64,000 bases of DNA, from assembly GCA_950097015.1 (NCBI GenBank), contig CATNEN010000037.1, positions 992,001-1,056,000 on the forward strand, given 5' to 3'. Source of the stretch: Macrostomum hystrix. Lineage: Eukaryota; Animalia; Platyhelminthes. This document shows positions 38,510-50,900 of this stretch, one piece after another. A program made the translations under genes and the position numbers. Below the pieces are notes generated by a model. It was not told where the DNA came from. It searched no databases and worked only from the letters and a program-made list of their open reading frames with translations. Each line of letters begins with the position of its first letter. Within the stretch, counting starts at the first letter, position 1.

Positions 38510-39595
38510 TCACACTGAGTCTAAATCAGCGAGGGGCAATACAGCCTCGCACCTGTTGAGGAGTGATCAACTCACATTGTCACCTGTTTAGTGGCAATAC
38601 AGCCTCGCACCTGTTGAGGAGTGATCAACTCACATTGTCTAAATCAGCGAGGGGCAATAAAGCCTCGCACCTGTTGAGGAGTGATCAACTCACATAGTCT
38701 AAATCAGCGAGGGGCAATACAGCCTTGCACCTGTTGAGGAGTGATCAACTCACGTTGTCTAAATCAGCGAGGGGCAATACAGCCTCGCACCTGTTGAGGA
38801 GTGATCAACTCACATAGTCTAAATCAGCGAGGGGCAATACAGCCTCGCACCTGTTGAGGAGTGATCAACTCACATAGCCTAAATCAGCGAGGGGCAATAC
38901 AGCCTCGCACCTGTTGAGGAGTGATCAACTCACATAGTCTAAATCAGCGAGGGGCAATACAGCCTCGCACCTGTTGAGGAGTGATCAACTCACATAGTCT
39001 AAATCAGCGAGGGGCAATACAGCCTCGCACCTGTTGAGGAGTGATCAACTCACGTTGTCTAAATCAGCGAGGGGCAATACAGCCTCGCACCTGTTGAGGA
39101 GTGATCAACTCACATTGTCTAAATCAGCGAGGGGCAATAAAGCCTCGCACCTGTTGAGGAGTGATCAACTCACATTGTCTAAATCAGCGAGGGGCAATAC
39201 AGCCTCGCACCTGTTGAGGAGTGATCAACTCACATTGTCTAAATCAGCGAGGGGCAATACAGACTCGCACCTGTTGAGGAGTGATCAACTCACATTGTCT
39301 AAATCAGCGAGGGGCAATACAGACTCGCACCTGTTGAGGAGTGATCAACTCACATTGTCTAAATCAGCGAGGGGCAATACAGACTCGCACCTGTTGAGGA
39401 GTGATCAACTCACATTGTCTAAATCAGCGAGGGGCAATACAGGCTCGCACCTGTTGAGGAGTGATCAACTCACATTGTCTAAATCAGCGAGGGGCAATAC
39501 AGCCTCGCACCTGTTGAGGAGTGATCAACTCACATTGTCTAAATCAGCGAGGGGCAACACAGCCTCGCACCTGTTGAGGAGTGATCAACTCACAT
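38510..39595. repeat. 60-bp minisatellite (AAATCAGCGAGGGGCAATACAGCCTCGCACCTGTTGAGGAGTGATCAACTCACATTGTCT), ~18 copies
   Basis: Exact 60-nt line-to-line periodicity; lone degenerate units at ~38105-38190 and 41437-41470. Confidence 0.97.
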
Positions 39596-40575
39596 CACGC
39601 GCGCTGCACGAGCTGATGTTTTAGAAGCCTGCGATGGATGTTTCGGGACGGTGTTTTCATGGCGACTCCTGTCCGGCTCATCGTCGTCTGTGAGGACTGC
39701 GTTAGCACCGTTAGATTTACGCTTTTCAGGCGTTCTCCGATTAAATTGCTCGCCGGAAAACGAATCTTTTGAGCACACATATGACTCCGCAGAGATCTCT
39801 GCACAGTCTGTTTAGTCATTATGATAGCCGATGGTTTCGGCCGTGTACACAATTGATCCATTTTCTTCTCGGTCAATTGAGTTCTTGGATTTTTTGTTTC
39901 TTGCTAAGCTTCTGTGATGCTCTCTTCCTTGTTACGCGTTCCGCCTCCGCGTCGATATCGACAGAAGCAACTTTCGTCTTCTTGACTGCATGAGACATGT
40001 CCGTGCGTTGGCTGAAATGGACGGGTACAATTCGGTTTTTCACGATTGTGTTTGGCGACGACTTAATGAACGGTCAGTACGTAATAGCGAGGCTGTATTA
40101 CCACTCGCATTGCAAATCAAAAGATAGTGTTTGCAAAAAGGCACTTTTCGTAACCCCCAAGAAGAGATTCAGGTAGATTTTAGATAGAGAAAAATTAAGA
40201 CACTCCGAGTCAACTGATAAAGACAGGCAATTATAAAGATAAAATACAATAGACATACATCCTTGAATCAGACCAAATTATCGCGTAAGTGTCCGGTTTA
40301 AGCACGATAATTAATAAATATCATGTTTGTTATCGGTTCTGGTTATCGGATAAGTAAACCCGATTCAGACCAAATTATCGCGCCATGTCCTATTCCAATG
40401 TGTTTATTTGTAAATATCGTGTTTGTTGTTGGGTCTGGTTCTAGGATGTTTAAAATAAATTCACGAAAAATGATCAGGTAAGAATCTGAATATTCACCCG
40501 ACTCTTGCAAACCCGTAAAAAATACAATTTATCGAAATGTTATCGTGTCGCATTATCGTTTTTAAAATACGATTC

Positions 40576-41333
40576 TGTGGCGGCCGCTCTCTCCAGCTCC
40601 CTGTGTGGCGCTAGGGCGGCCACCCCAACCTTAGGTTGTACCTTAGATGTACACGCGCCGGCCTATAAGTCACGATCTTTTGGAACGCGCTGCTCTTAAC
40701 CTGTGCTCCGTCAACTAAAAATAAACATTACGTGGCTGCGATCGCCTCATTGGTGAGCCCGATGACTGAGTCTGCAGTAGCACTCAAGCTGCCCACGTTT
40801 TGGGTCAGCCAGCCCCGCGCCTGGTTTATCCAGGCGGAGGCACAATTCACTCTCCGAGGCATTTCGCAGGACGACACCAAGTACTGCCACCTCGTAGCAG
40901 CGCTCGATCAGCAGTCGGCCGAGTGTCTGCTGGACGTGCTGGAGAATCCGCCCACGGAAAACAAGTACGGCGTGCTCAAGGACCCGCTTCTTTCGCCTTT
41001 CTGCCTGACACAGCAGCAGCGGGCCAGCCGGCTGCTCAACCTGGCCGGCCTGGTGACCGCCGCCCGTCCGAACTCATGGACGAGATGCTGGCCCTGCTCG
41101 GCGACCATCGGCCATGCACGCTCTTCGAGGAGCTGTTCCGCCAGCAACTGCCAGCCGACATCCGTATGGCACTAGTCTCCGCCGATTTTAAAGATCCGCG
41201 GGTGGTCGCGCACCGGCTCTGGGCAAGCCGCGCCCAGCCTTTGGCAGCCGCCTCGCTGGCGCACGACCCGCCAGTAGTTGCCGCCTCAGCTCGGCAGGCC
41301 ACGGCCGGCAGCAACAACTTTCAAAGCCGATAA
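40576..41333 (+). mobile_element. Gypsy-type LTR retrotransposon 5' fragment: 174-bp LTR, tRNA-Trp-like PBS, frameshifted gag, no pol
   Basis: LTR 40576-40749 bounded by TGTGGCG...CGCCTCA with TATA-like CTATAAG and AATAAA; PBS TGGTGAGCCCGATG at 40751; ATG 40762 MTESAVALKLPTFWVSQPRAWFIQAEAQF...LAGL/GDRRPSELM (1-nt frameshift ~41053). Confidence 0.85.
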
Positions 41334-42346
41334 CGTACAAGTTATCGCGTCTGTTATCGGGTGTCTCACCCGATTCTCCGAGCCAACACGATAATCGAAC
41401 CCGATTCGCAAGTTATTGTGTCAATTTCCCAGCGGGTTGAGGAGTGATCAACTCACACTGAGTCTAAATCGCTTGAAATCCTGTTGCCTACAAAGTTTCG
41501 AGTTTTGTTGTCCGCCTTACATAATAATTAGGCCTCTGCCGACGAAATGAAGGCCAACAACGGGCTCTTCCTAAGGCCCAGCGAAGCAAGACAGTAACTT
41601 TATCTTATATTATGACCGTTTAGTCTTAATTAAGGCAGTTTAATGGTTGAGTGGTACTTAATTCTTAACCTTTTCAGATTTTCAATTTGCATGGCAGAGG
41701 AAGAAGCAGCAGCATCTAAACTTTTCATTCTAGTGTACTGCAGTACAAGTACTGGCGTTCTTGAATTCTCTCAAGTACTAACGCTTTTTAATTATACTCG
41801 TAGCAATAATTAATTTCAACTTATATTGCGTAATTGCGAATATTACGCAGTTACGCTGCCTATACTGCGTAAAACAAGTAACAGCTTTTTGTAATCAAGA
41901 AAAGGACGGTACAACGCTTTCACAACATTTTACTTTCTCGATTTGCTGGCAGCAGTTCAAGATAATCACACCTTTTGTAGTTGATAGTTACGATTAATTT
42001 AGTGTACTTTGTGCACGAGCATCCACATAATAGTGCTGTAAGTGCTGTAATGGTTTCTCTCTATAACTCGCCCGATAACAAGTCCTGTGCGATTATCGTA
42101 TCGAAAAACGAGTCTGAATAAGCGGAAGTGAATCGATTTTGTTATCGAATACGACGATAATCGACAGTGAATCGAGTTTAATTCGGGTATGTTAGAGCGT
42201 TTGAATAGGCTGAAATTTACCATTCCGATACAATTCGTAACGCAAACTCGATTTAAACACCATGACTTGTAACTAGTCAAAATACGCCACTTTATCGCGT
42301 TTGACAAAAATCATTGGGTGAAGTATCGGGTGAATTTCCCATAGGG

Positions 42347-43085
42347 TCTATCCCTGCTGTCACACCCTCTATCCCTGCCGTCACACCCTCTATCCCTGCT
42401 GTCACACCCTCTATCCCTGCTGACAAACCCTCTATCCCTGCTGTCACACCCTCTATCCCTGCTGTCACACCCTCTATCCCTGCTGACAAACCCTCTATCC
42501 CTGCTGTCACACCCTCTATCCCTGATGTCACACCCTCTATCCCTGATGTCACACCCTCTATCCCTGCTGTCACACACTCTGTCCCTGCTGACAAACCCTC
42601 TATCCCTGCTGTCACACCCTCTATCCCTGCTGTCACACCCTCTATCCCTGCTGACAAACCCTCTATCCCTGCTGTCACACCCTCTATCCCTGCTGTCACA
42701 CCCTCTATCCCTGATGTCACACCCTCTATCCCTGATGTCACACCCTCTATCCCTGATGTCACACCCTCTATCCCTGCTGACAAACCCTCTATCCCTGCTG
42801 TCACACCCTCTATCCCTGCTGTCACACCCTCTATCCCTGATGTCACACCCTCTATCCCTGATGTCACACCCTCTATCCCTGATGTCACACCCTCTATCCC
42901 TGCTGTCACACACTCTGTCCCTGCTGACAAACCCTCTATCCCTGCTGTCACAAACTCTGTCCCTGCTGTCACACTCTCTATCCCTGCTGTCACACTCTCT
43001 ATCCCTGCTGTCACACTCTCTATCCCTGCTGTCACAAACTCTGTCCCTGCTGTCACAAGCTCTATCGCCGCTGTCCCTCTATCCC
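42347..43085. repeat. 21-bp minisatellite (TCTATCCCTGCTGTCACACCC), ~35 copies
   Basis: 7-aa periodic ORFs in four frames. Confidence 0.96.
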
Positions 43086-43659
43086 TGCTTACGCAATTAA
43101 GTTTGGAGTTATCAAGCAATGTAAGCTTTAAATGCTTGAGCAGTATTTTGTTTTCCGGTTAGCAGCACTCGCCGATCCCAGGGAATCAAACAGAGAAGAG
43201 ATATATATTTATCCACCGCTGCAATATCTAGATATATTTTCAGGGGCGCCTACTTAAGCTCTGGTTAATCAATTGCTATAAGTAATCATAGCTTATAGCA
43301 GTTTAATAGTAGTATTTAGTACTTGCAGTTTAACAACAATCCATGCAGAAACGACATAATTCATTTCAAAACACATCAGAAAGAAAAGATAAATACTAGT
43401 TTAATATCTACCGAACAATTCTTGACAGTAAAAACTGTTGCGCATATCGATATGACGAAATAGTCGTAAAAACACGTTTAGTGAGCATCATGATTCGTCG
43501 CAGATTGTTTCAATAGAAATTAGGTTTTCAAAGAGGGTTGTTGTCCGATGCTGGGTATCCTTTGAGAATCAATTCAATCTATATGTAACGGATGCGAGGT
43601 AATTTACACAACTCGCAGCAACGCTATAAGAAAATTAGTAGCTACTCTTCTAAAAGGAG

Positions 43660-44825
43660 TGAGAAGAAGCTAGAAAGGGTGTGAGAACAGGCTAGAAAGG
43701 GTGTGAGAACAGGCTAGAAAGGGTGTGAGAACAGGCTAGAAAGGGTGTGAGAACAGGCTAGAAAGGGTGTGAGAACAGGCTAGAAAGGGTGTGAGAACAG
43801 GCTAGAAAGGGTGTGAGAACAGGCTAGAATGGGTGTGAGAACAGGCTAGAAAGGGTGTGAGAACAGGCTAGAAAGGGTGTGAGAACAGGCTAGAAAGGGT
43901 GTGAGAACAGGCTAGAAAGGGTGTGAGAACAGGCTAGAAAGGGTGTGAGAACAGGCTAGAAAGGGTGTGAGAACAGGCTAGAAAGGGTGTGAGAACAGGC
44001 TAGAAAGGGTGTGAGAACAGGCTAGAAAGGGTGTGAGAACAGGCTAGAAAGGGTGTGAGAACAGGCTAGAAAGGGTGTGAGAACAGGCTAGAAAGGGTGT
44101 GAGAACAGGCTAGAAAGGGTGTGAGAACAGGCTAGAAAGGGTGTGAGAACAGGCTAGAAAGGGTGTGAGAACAGGCTAGAAAGGGTGTGAGAACAGGCTA
44201 GAATGGGTGTGAGAACAGGCTAGAAAGGGTGTGAGAACAGGCTAGAAAGGGTGTGAGAACAGGCTAGAAAGGGTGTGAGAACAGGCTAGAAAGGGTGTGA
44301 GAACAGGCTAGAAAGGGTGTGAGAACAGGCTAGAAAGGGTGTGAGAACAGGCTAGAAAGGGTGTGAGAACAGGCTAGAAAGGGTGTGAGAACAGGCTAGA
44401 AAGGGTGTGAGAACAGGCTAGAAAGGGTGTGAGAACAGGCTAGAAAGGGTGTGAGAAGAGGCTAGAAAGGGTGTGAGAAGAGGCAAGAAAGGTTGTGAGA
44501 ACAGGCTGGGAAGGGTGTGAGAAGAGGCTGTGAAGGGTGTGAGAAGAGGCTGGGAAGGGTGTGAGAAGAGGCTGGGAAGGGTGTGAGAAGAGGCTGGGAA
44601 GGGTGTGAGAAGAGGCTGGGAAGGGTGTGAGAAGAGGCTGGGAAGGGTGTGAGAAGAGGCTGGGAAGGGTGTGAGAAGAGGCTAGAAAGGTTGTGAGAAG
44701 AGGCTGGGAAGGGTGTGAGAACAGGCTGGGAAGGGTGTGAGAACAGGCTGGGAAGGGTGTGAGAAGAGGCTGTGAAGGGTGTGAGAAGAGGCTGGGAAGG
44801 GTGTGAGAAGAGGCTGGGAAGGGTG
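43660..44825. repeat. 22-bp minisatellite (GGGTGTGAGAACAGGCTAGAAA grading to GGGTGTGAGAAGAGGCTGGGAA), ~53 copies
   Basis: Homogeneous left part, variant right part; ends ~110 bp from the M13 stop codon. Confidence 0.96.
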
Positions 44826-44935
44826 TAAGTAGAGAGTGAAACAAGTCTTGGTTTACGAATAAAAAAGAGGACACTAAATATGTGATAAGTGAGGATGAAA
44901 ATGTTCACATTTCCAAGAAACCCATCCGCTCGCGT

Positions 44936-47900
44936 TCACCAAACCGTGCACTTCTCAGTCGGGTTCATTCTGGCGCCGGCCTGGCAGCGAAATGCCCTAC
45001 CGAACTCCGGCAGGTTGGCCACTGGGCCCCAGACTCGCATCTGGCCTGGCGGATGCGGGTTCGCGGTGATCATATGGCGGAGCGACTCCGGCGTGACCAG
45101 CTCGCACCAGGTCTGACGCCGAAAATCGGATAGCGAATTGGATCTAAACTATTTTCTACACTTTGTGCTTATTTATCGATATGCCAGTTTTTATTTTTTA
45201 TATAGCTAAACAAATCAAATAACAGAGTTCATGTTCTCACCTGAGCATAGGCCACAAACAGCAGCTGTTCGCGAGTGTAGCGTTCGCCCAGGTAGGGCAG
45301 CAACTGCTCCCGATCCGACTGCTGCTTCTTGTAGGCCTGCGAATGTGAGGGAACGCCGCGAGAAGGTCAAGGTCAAGGTCGCGAGACAAGTTCAAGGTCA
45401 CGAGACAAGTTCAAGGTCGCGAGACAAGTTCAAGGTCACGAGGCAAGTTCAAGATCGCGAGACAAGTTCAAGGTCACGAGACAAGTTCAAGGTCGCGAGA
45501 CAAGGTTAAGGTCGCGAGACAAGTTCAAGGTCACGAGACAAGTTCAAGGTCGCGAGACAAGTTCAAGGTCACGAGGCAAGTTCAAGGTCACGAGACAAGT
45601 TCAAATAATGTACAATATTACGTAACAACTGCTCAAGCACTCTGAACTTCAATACAATAAATATCGATGCTAGAGCCTCTGACTGGGGCAGGTAATTATT
45701 TCATTTCAGCTTGAAAATATCCCGGCATTGACTTTACTACAACGGTCAAGGTCGCGAGACGAGTTATTGACTGCATACGAAGGGAAATACACCTAGTGGG
45801 GATATTTCAGACTGTCGAAAAGTTTGCAAATCGAGGGGGATAATTTGGCAACTAGGGTATATTTCATTGAATATATTATTTGAGAGGTGAACTAAGCCTG
45901 CCATGGTCTCCAAAAAGTTATCCAATCCAGCCAGTCGCTCACTCGGTAGGCCATCTTCAGTCCGCCGTTGTCGGCTATGCTTTCTCCCAGCACCAGACGG
46001 CCGCCAACTCGGACGTCGCCGTCAACGGTGAAGGCCTCGTACTGCCTGTGAAGTTATTGTAGAGCCCAGATTAGCTGAATGCTTATCTTTAGAGAGAGAT
46101 GGAAAGAAGGAGAGAGGGGGAGTGGGGAGAGGGGGAGAGAAGGTGAGAAGGGAGAGGTGAGCGCCTCAGGCAAAAAGCAACTCTTACCTGACGATGCAGT
46201 CGGTGGCCTTGTCGAAGGCTGCCGCAGTGCTGTTGCTCCACCATTCGCGCCTGTTGCCTTCGCTGTCGTAGTGCCGGCCGTTGTCGTCGAAGCCGTGCGT
46301 GATCTCGTGGCCGATGACGGCGCCAATGGCCCCGTAGGCGGCGTAGGCCGGGAACTGCGGCCTGTAGAACGGCTCCTGCAGGATGCCCGCTGGAAACGCG
46401 ATGGCATTGAATGACGGCGAATAATAGGCGTTGACCGACTGCGGCGACATATCGAATGTCAGGTGAACCGGCTCGGACAGCTTTTTCAGGGCCTGCGAAA
46501 GTTGCGGGCAGGTGGCTTGCTGCTGATTGCTTGAACGCAAATTGCTGGGTGTCGATGATCGAAGCTAGAAGCCCAGCATCTGGGAAGATTTTAGACATAA
46601 TCTAAGGATCTGGGAAGATTTTAGACACAATCTAAGGATCTGGGAAGATTTTAGACACAATCTAAGGATCTGGGAAGATTTTAGACACAATCTAAGGATC
46701 TGGGAAGATTTTAGACACAATCTAAGGATCTGGGAAGATTTTAGACACAATCTAAGGATCTGGAAAGATTTTAGACCACATCTGAGGATCTGGGAAGATT
46801 TTAGACCACATCTGAGGATCTGGGAAGATTTTAGACACAATCTAAGGATCTGGGAAGATTTTAGACCACATCTGAGGATCTGGGAAGATTTTAGACACAA
46901 TCTAAGGATCTGGGAAGATTTTAGACACAATCTAAGGATCTGGGAACATTTTAGACACAACCTAAGGATCTGGGAAGATTTTAGACACAATCTAAGGATC
47001 TGGGAAGATTTTAGACCACATCTGAGGATCTGGGAAGATTTTAGACACAATCTAAGGATCTGGGAAGATTTTAGACACAATCTAAGGATCTGGGAAGATT
47101 TTAGACACAATCTAAGGATCTGGGAACATTTTAGACACAATCTAAGGATCTGGGAAGATTTTAGACCACATCTGAGGATCTGGGAAGATTTTAGACCACA
47201 TCTGAGGATCTGGGAACATTTTAGACACAATCTAAGGATCTGGGAAGATTTTAGACACAATCTAAGGATCTGGGAAGATTTTAGACACAATCTAAGGATC
47301 TGGGAAGATTTTAGACACAATCTAAGGATCTGGGAAGATTTTAGACCACATCTGAGGATCTGGGAAGATTTTAGACACAATCTAAGGATCTGGGAAGATT
47401 TTAGACCACATCTGAGGATCTGGGAAGATTTTAGACACAATCTAAGGATCTGGGAAGATTTTAGACACAATCTAAGGATCTGGGAAGATTTTAGACCTAA
47501 TCTGAGGATCTGGGAAGAGGAGCTACGTAATCTGAAGACCAGGTAAGAGTTGCTACCCAGTTTGAGGATCAGGGAAGTGTGGCAATTAAATTAGAGGATA
47601 TTGAAGGCATGATAATTCCCATCTGAATATAAAACTTTGGGTCAGTAGGTACATAAAAGCGTGCTTTCACCTTGATGGTTTCCATTCGCTGAATCAGCAC
47701 CGCATTTTGAAAGTACTGATCTGGAAGCAGCCTGTAGCCGCCCCATTCCATTCGCAGTGCCGTGGCGTTGTCGAAATAGTCCGGATAGCCCACTAGCTGC
47801 CTGATGGCCAGCAGTTTGCCGATGGCGGATCGCCTTGTGCCGCTGTCCATCCACGTCGCGTCAGTCAGGCTGGCATTGAAGGTCTCCGTCAGGCTGTCGA

Positions 47901-50900
47901 TGAGCCGTTGGACGGAGGCGCGCGACTCGCCGCGGAAATGCCGATCTACGAACAGCTTGCCCAGCGGATATCTGTACAGACTGTTGACCGACTTCACGCA
48001 GCGCTGCCAAGGACTCTCGGAGCCGTGCACGCCTCGAAGGCGGCTAATAAGGGACGTGGCAATATGGTTGGCCTGCGGCGTGGTGAAGGGCAGGAACGAC
48101 CAAATGGCTCGCAGCAGCAGGTAGTTGTTGGCGAGGCTGCCGGTGAGAATGTGAAGGGCAGGTTATTATTGACAGCAACCGCTTATTGGCTTTTTAAGAA
48201 ATATTAGCACTGCATTCTTTTGCATTGATCTGGATAGATGGAATTGAACAGAGGGGGGGAACGAGGAGTACCGATGCTGGGGGAAGAGAAACAAGAGAGG
48301 GAGAGCGGAGAGAGGGAGGCAAAGTGAGAGAGGGGGCGAGAGGGGGAGACGGAGTTGGAGAGAGGCGAGATGGAGGGGTAGAGAGGGGAGATAGAAAGAG
48401 GGGGAAAGAGGGGAAAGGGAGGGGAGAAAGGAAGATAGAAAGTGAGTGGCGATCTTGGAAACGAGATCAGCGAGTGCTGAAATGGAAAGAGGGGGGATGA
48501 GAAAGGGAAAGAGGGGTTGAGAAAGGGAAAGAGGGGGATGAGAAAGGGAAAGAGGGGGATGAGAGAGGGAGAGAGTGGGTTGAGAGAGGGAAAGGGGGGT
48601 TTGAGAGAGGGAAAGAGGGGGTTGAGAGAGGGAAAGAGGGGTTTGAGAGAGGGAAAGGGGGGTTGAGAGAGGGAAAGAGGCGTTTGAGAGAGGGAAAGGG
48701 GGGTTGAGAGAGGGAAAGGGGGGTTGAGAGAGGGAAAGGGGGGTTGAGAGAGGGAAAGAGGGGTTGAGAGAGGGAAAGGGGGGTTTGAGAGAGGGAAAGA
48801 GGGGGTTGAGAGAGGGAAAGAGGGGTTTGAGAGAGGGAAAGGGGGGTTGAGAGAGGGAAAGGGGGGTTGAGAGAGGGAAAGAGGCGTTTGAGAGAGGGAA
48901 AGGGGGGTTGAGAGAGGGAAAGGGGGGTTGAGAGAGGGAAAGGGGGGTTGAGAGAGGGAAAGAGGGGTTGAGAGAGGGAAAGGGGGGTTTGAGAGAGGGA
49001 AAGAGGGGGTTGAGAGAGGGAAAGAGGGGTTTGAGAGAGGGAAAGGGGGGTTGAGAGAGGGAAAGGGGGGTTGAGAGAGGGAAAGAGGCGTTTGAGAGAG
49101 GGAAAGGGGGGTTGAGAGAGGGAAAGAGGGGTAATACCCTCGAGCCCCCAGGCACTGATAAGATGAAAAGGAAGGCACCTATTCAAATTAAAAGGAAACT
49201 AATTTAATTCTTGTCGAAATAATTTAACCAGCGCCAGATTTACCGTGTCTGCTGTGGACTTTTCGCGAGATCATTAATTAATGTGCAGAGGTGATCAAAG
49301 TACGGCTTATCGTAGATATTAACTGGCGTATCGTCATTAAGATTGTAGTTGGAGTTCTCCAGTACAGTTCTCAGCAGGTCCGTCCAGTTTATCTGCAGCG
49401 CATGTGAGACAGCAGTGAGATTAGATAACAGAAATTGTAAAATTCTGGTGCGATTAGATAATAAAATAATAAAATAATGGTCAGATTAGATAATAAAATA
49501 ATATAATAATGGTGAGATTAGATAACAGAAATTGTAAAATTCTAGTGAGATTAGATAACAGAAATTGTAAAATTCTGGTGAGATTAGATAACAGAAATAG
49601 TAAAATTCTGGTGAGATTAGATAACAGAAATAGTAAAATTCTGGTGAGATTAGATAACAGAAATTGTAAAATTCTGGTGAGATTAGATAATAAAATAATA
49701 TAATAATGGTGAGATTAGATAATAAAGATTGTAAAATACTGGTGAGATTAGATAACAAAGATTGCGACGCAAGATAGATGAGATTAGGTATCAGTGATTG
49801 AAGCAGACAGGTGAGATTAGGTGTTAGTGATTGAAGCAGACAGGTGAGATTAGGTATCAGTGATTGAAGCAGACAGGTGAGATTAGGTTGAAATAGACAG
49901 GTGAGATTAGGTATCAGTGATTGAAGCAGACAGGTGAGATTAGGTATCAGTGATTGAAGCAGACAGGTGAGATTAGGTATCAGTGATTGAAGCAGACAGG
50001 TGAGATTAGGTTGAAATAGACAGGTGAGATTAGATAGGAGACGGAAACACTTACGCAGGGAAAATTCGCCATCAGGTCTCTGACGGAAGCGTTGACAATT
50101 TGCAGCGTGTCTCGTCTCCTCCACTCTGGCAGGGAGAACTGCGGCAGATGCATGTCAGTGGTATCGGATATAGCGCAGGCTGGCATGCTTGCTTTGAACT
50201 GACAATCAAGTCTTCGATGCGATTTTGTTAGTGTTTTAATGTTCAGGGTGTGTTAAATCCTCCGGAAGGGTCTGATCTTTTTCCAGATCCTCAAATAAGG
50301 ACAAAACTCTTCCCAGGTCCTCAGATCGGTTCTCAACTCTTCCCAAGTCCCCAGATTGGGTCTCAACTCTTCCCAAGTCCCCAGATTGGGTCTCAACTCT
50401 TCCCAGGTCCTCAGATTGGGTCTCAACTCTTCCCAGGTCCTCAGATTGGGTCTCAACTCTTCCCAGGTCCTCAGATTGGGTCTCAACTCTTCCCAGGTCC
50501 TCAGATCGGTCCTCAACTCTTCCCAGGTCCTCAAATCGGTTCTCAACTCTTCCCAGGTCCTCAGATCGGGTCTCAACTCTTCCCAGGTCCTCAAATCGGT
50601 TCTCAACTCTTCCCAGGTCCTCATATTGGGTCTCAACTCTTCCCAGGTCCTGAGATCAGTTCTCAACTCTTCCCAGGTCCTGAGATCAGTTCTCAACTCT
50701 TCCCAGGTCCTCAGATTGGGTCTCAACTCTTCCCAGGTCCTCAGATCGGGTCTCAACTCTTCCCAGGTCCAGAGATCAGTTCTCAACTCTTCCCAGGTCC
50801 TCAGATCGGGTCTCAACTCTTCCCAGGTCCTCAGATCAGTTCTCAACTCTTCCCAGGTCCTGAGATCAGTTCTCAACTCTTCCCAGGTCCTCAGATCGGG

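Larger units (their letters stand above)
37773..42346. mobile_element. Composite/nested non-autonomous DNA-transposon block with CCC-NN-TGGGAAATT termini and CGATAA-rich subterminal arms (possibly CACTA/EnSpm-like)
   Basis: Left end CCCTTTGGGAAATTCAGCGCGATAACTTCAC (37773); right end reverse-complement CCCTATGGGAAATTCACCCGATACTTCAC (42346); third terminus CCCGCTGGGAAATT at 41436. Arm 37790-38100 is an inverted diverged copy of 40160-40550. No transposase; superfamily is inference. Confidence 0.6.

Noticed and set aside
38510-39595. CRISPR-like appearance of regular 30-60 bp arrays
   Set aside because: Units are contiguous with no unique spacers, no cas genes, and the context is a spliced eukaryotic genome.
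39600-40000. Decayed ORF-like segment inside the TIR block
   Set aside because: Multiple stops and no motif I can assign; left unannotated.
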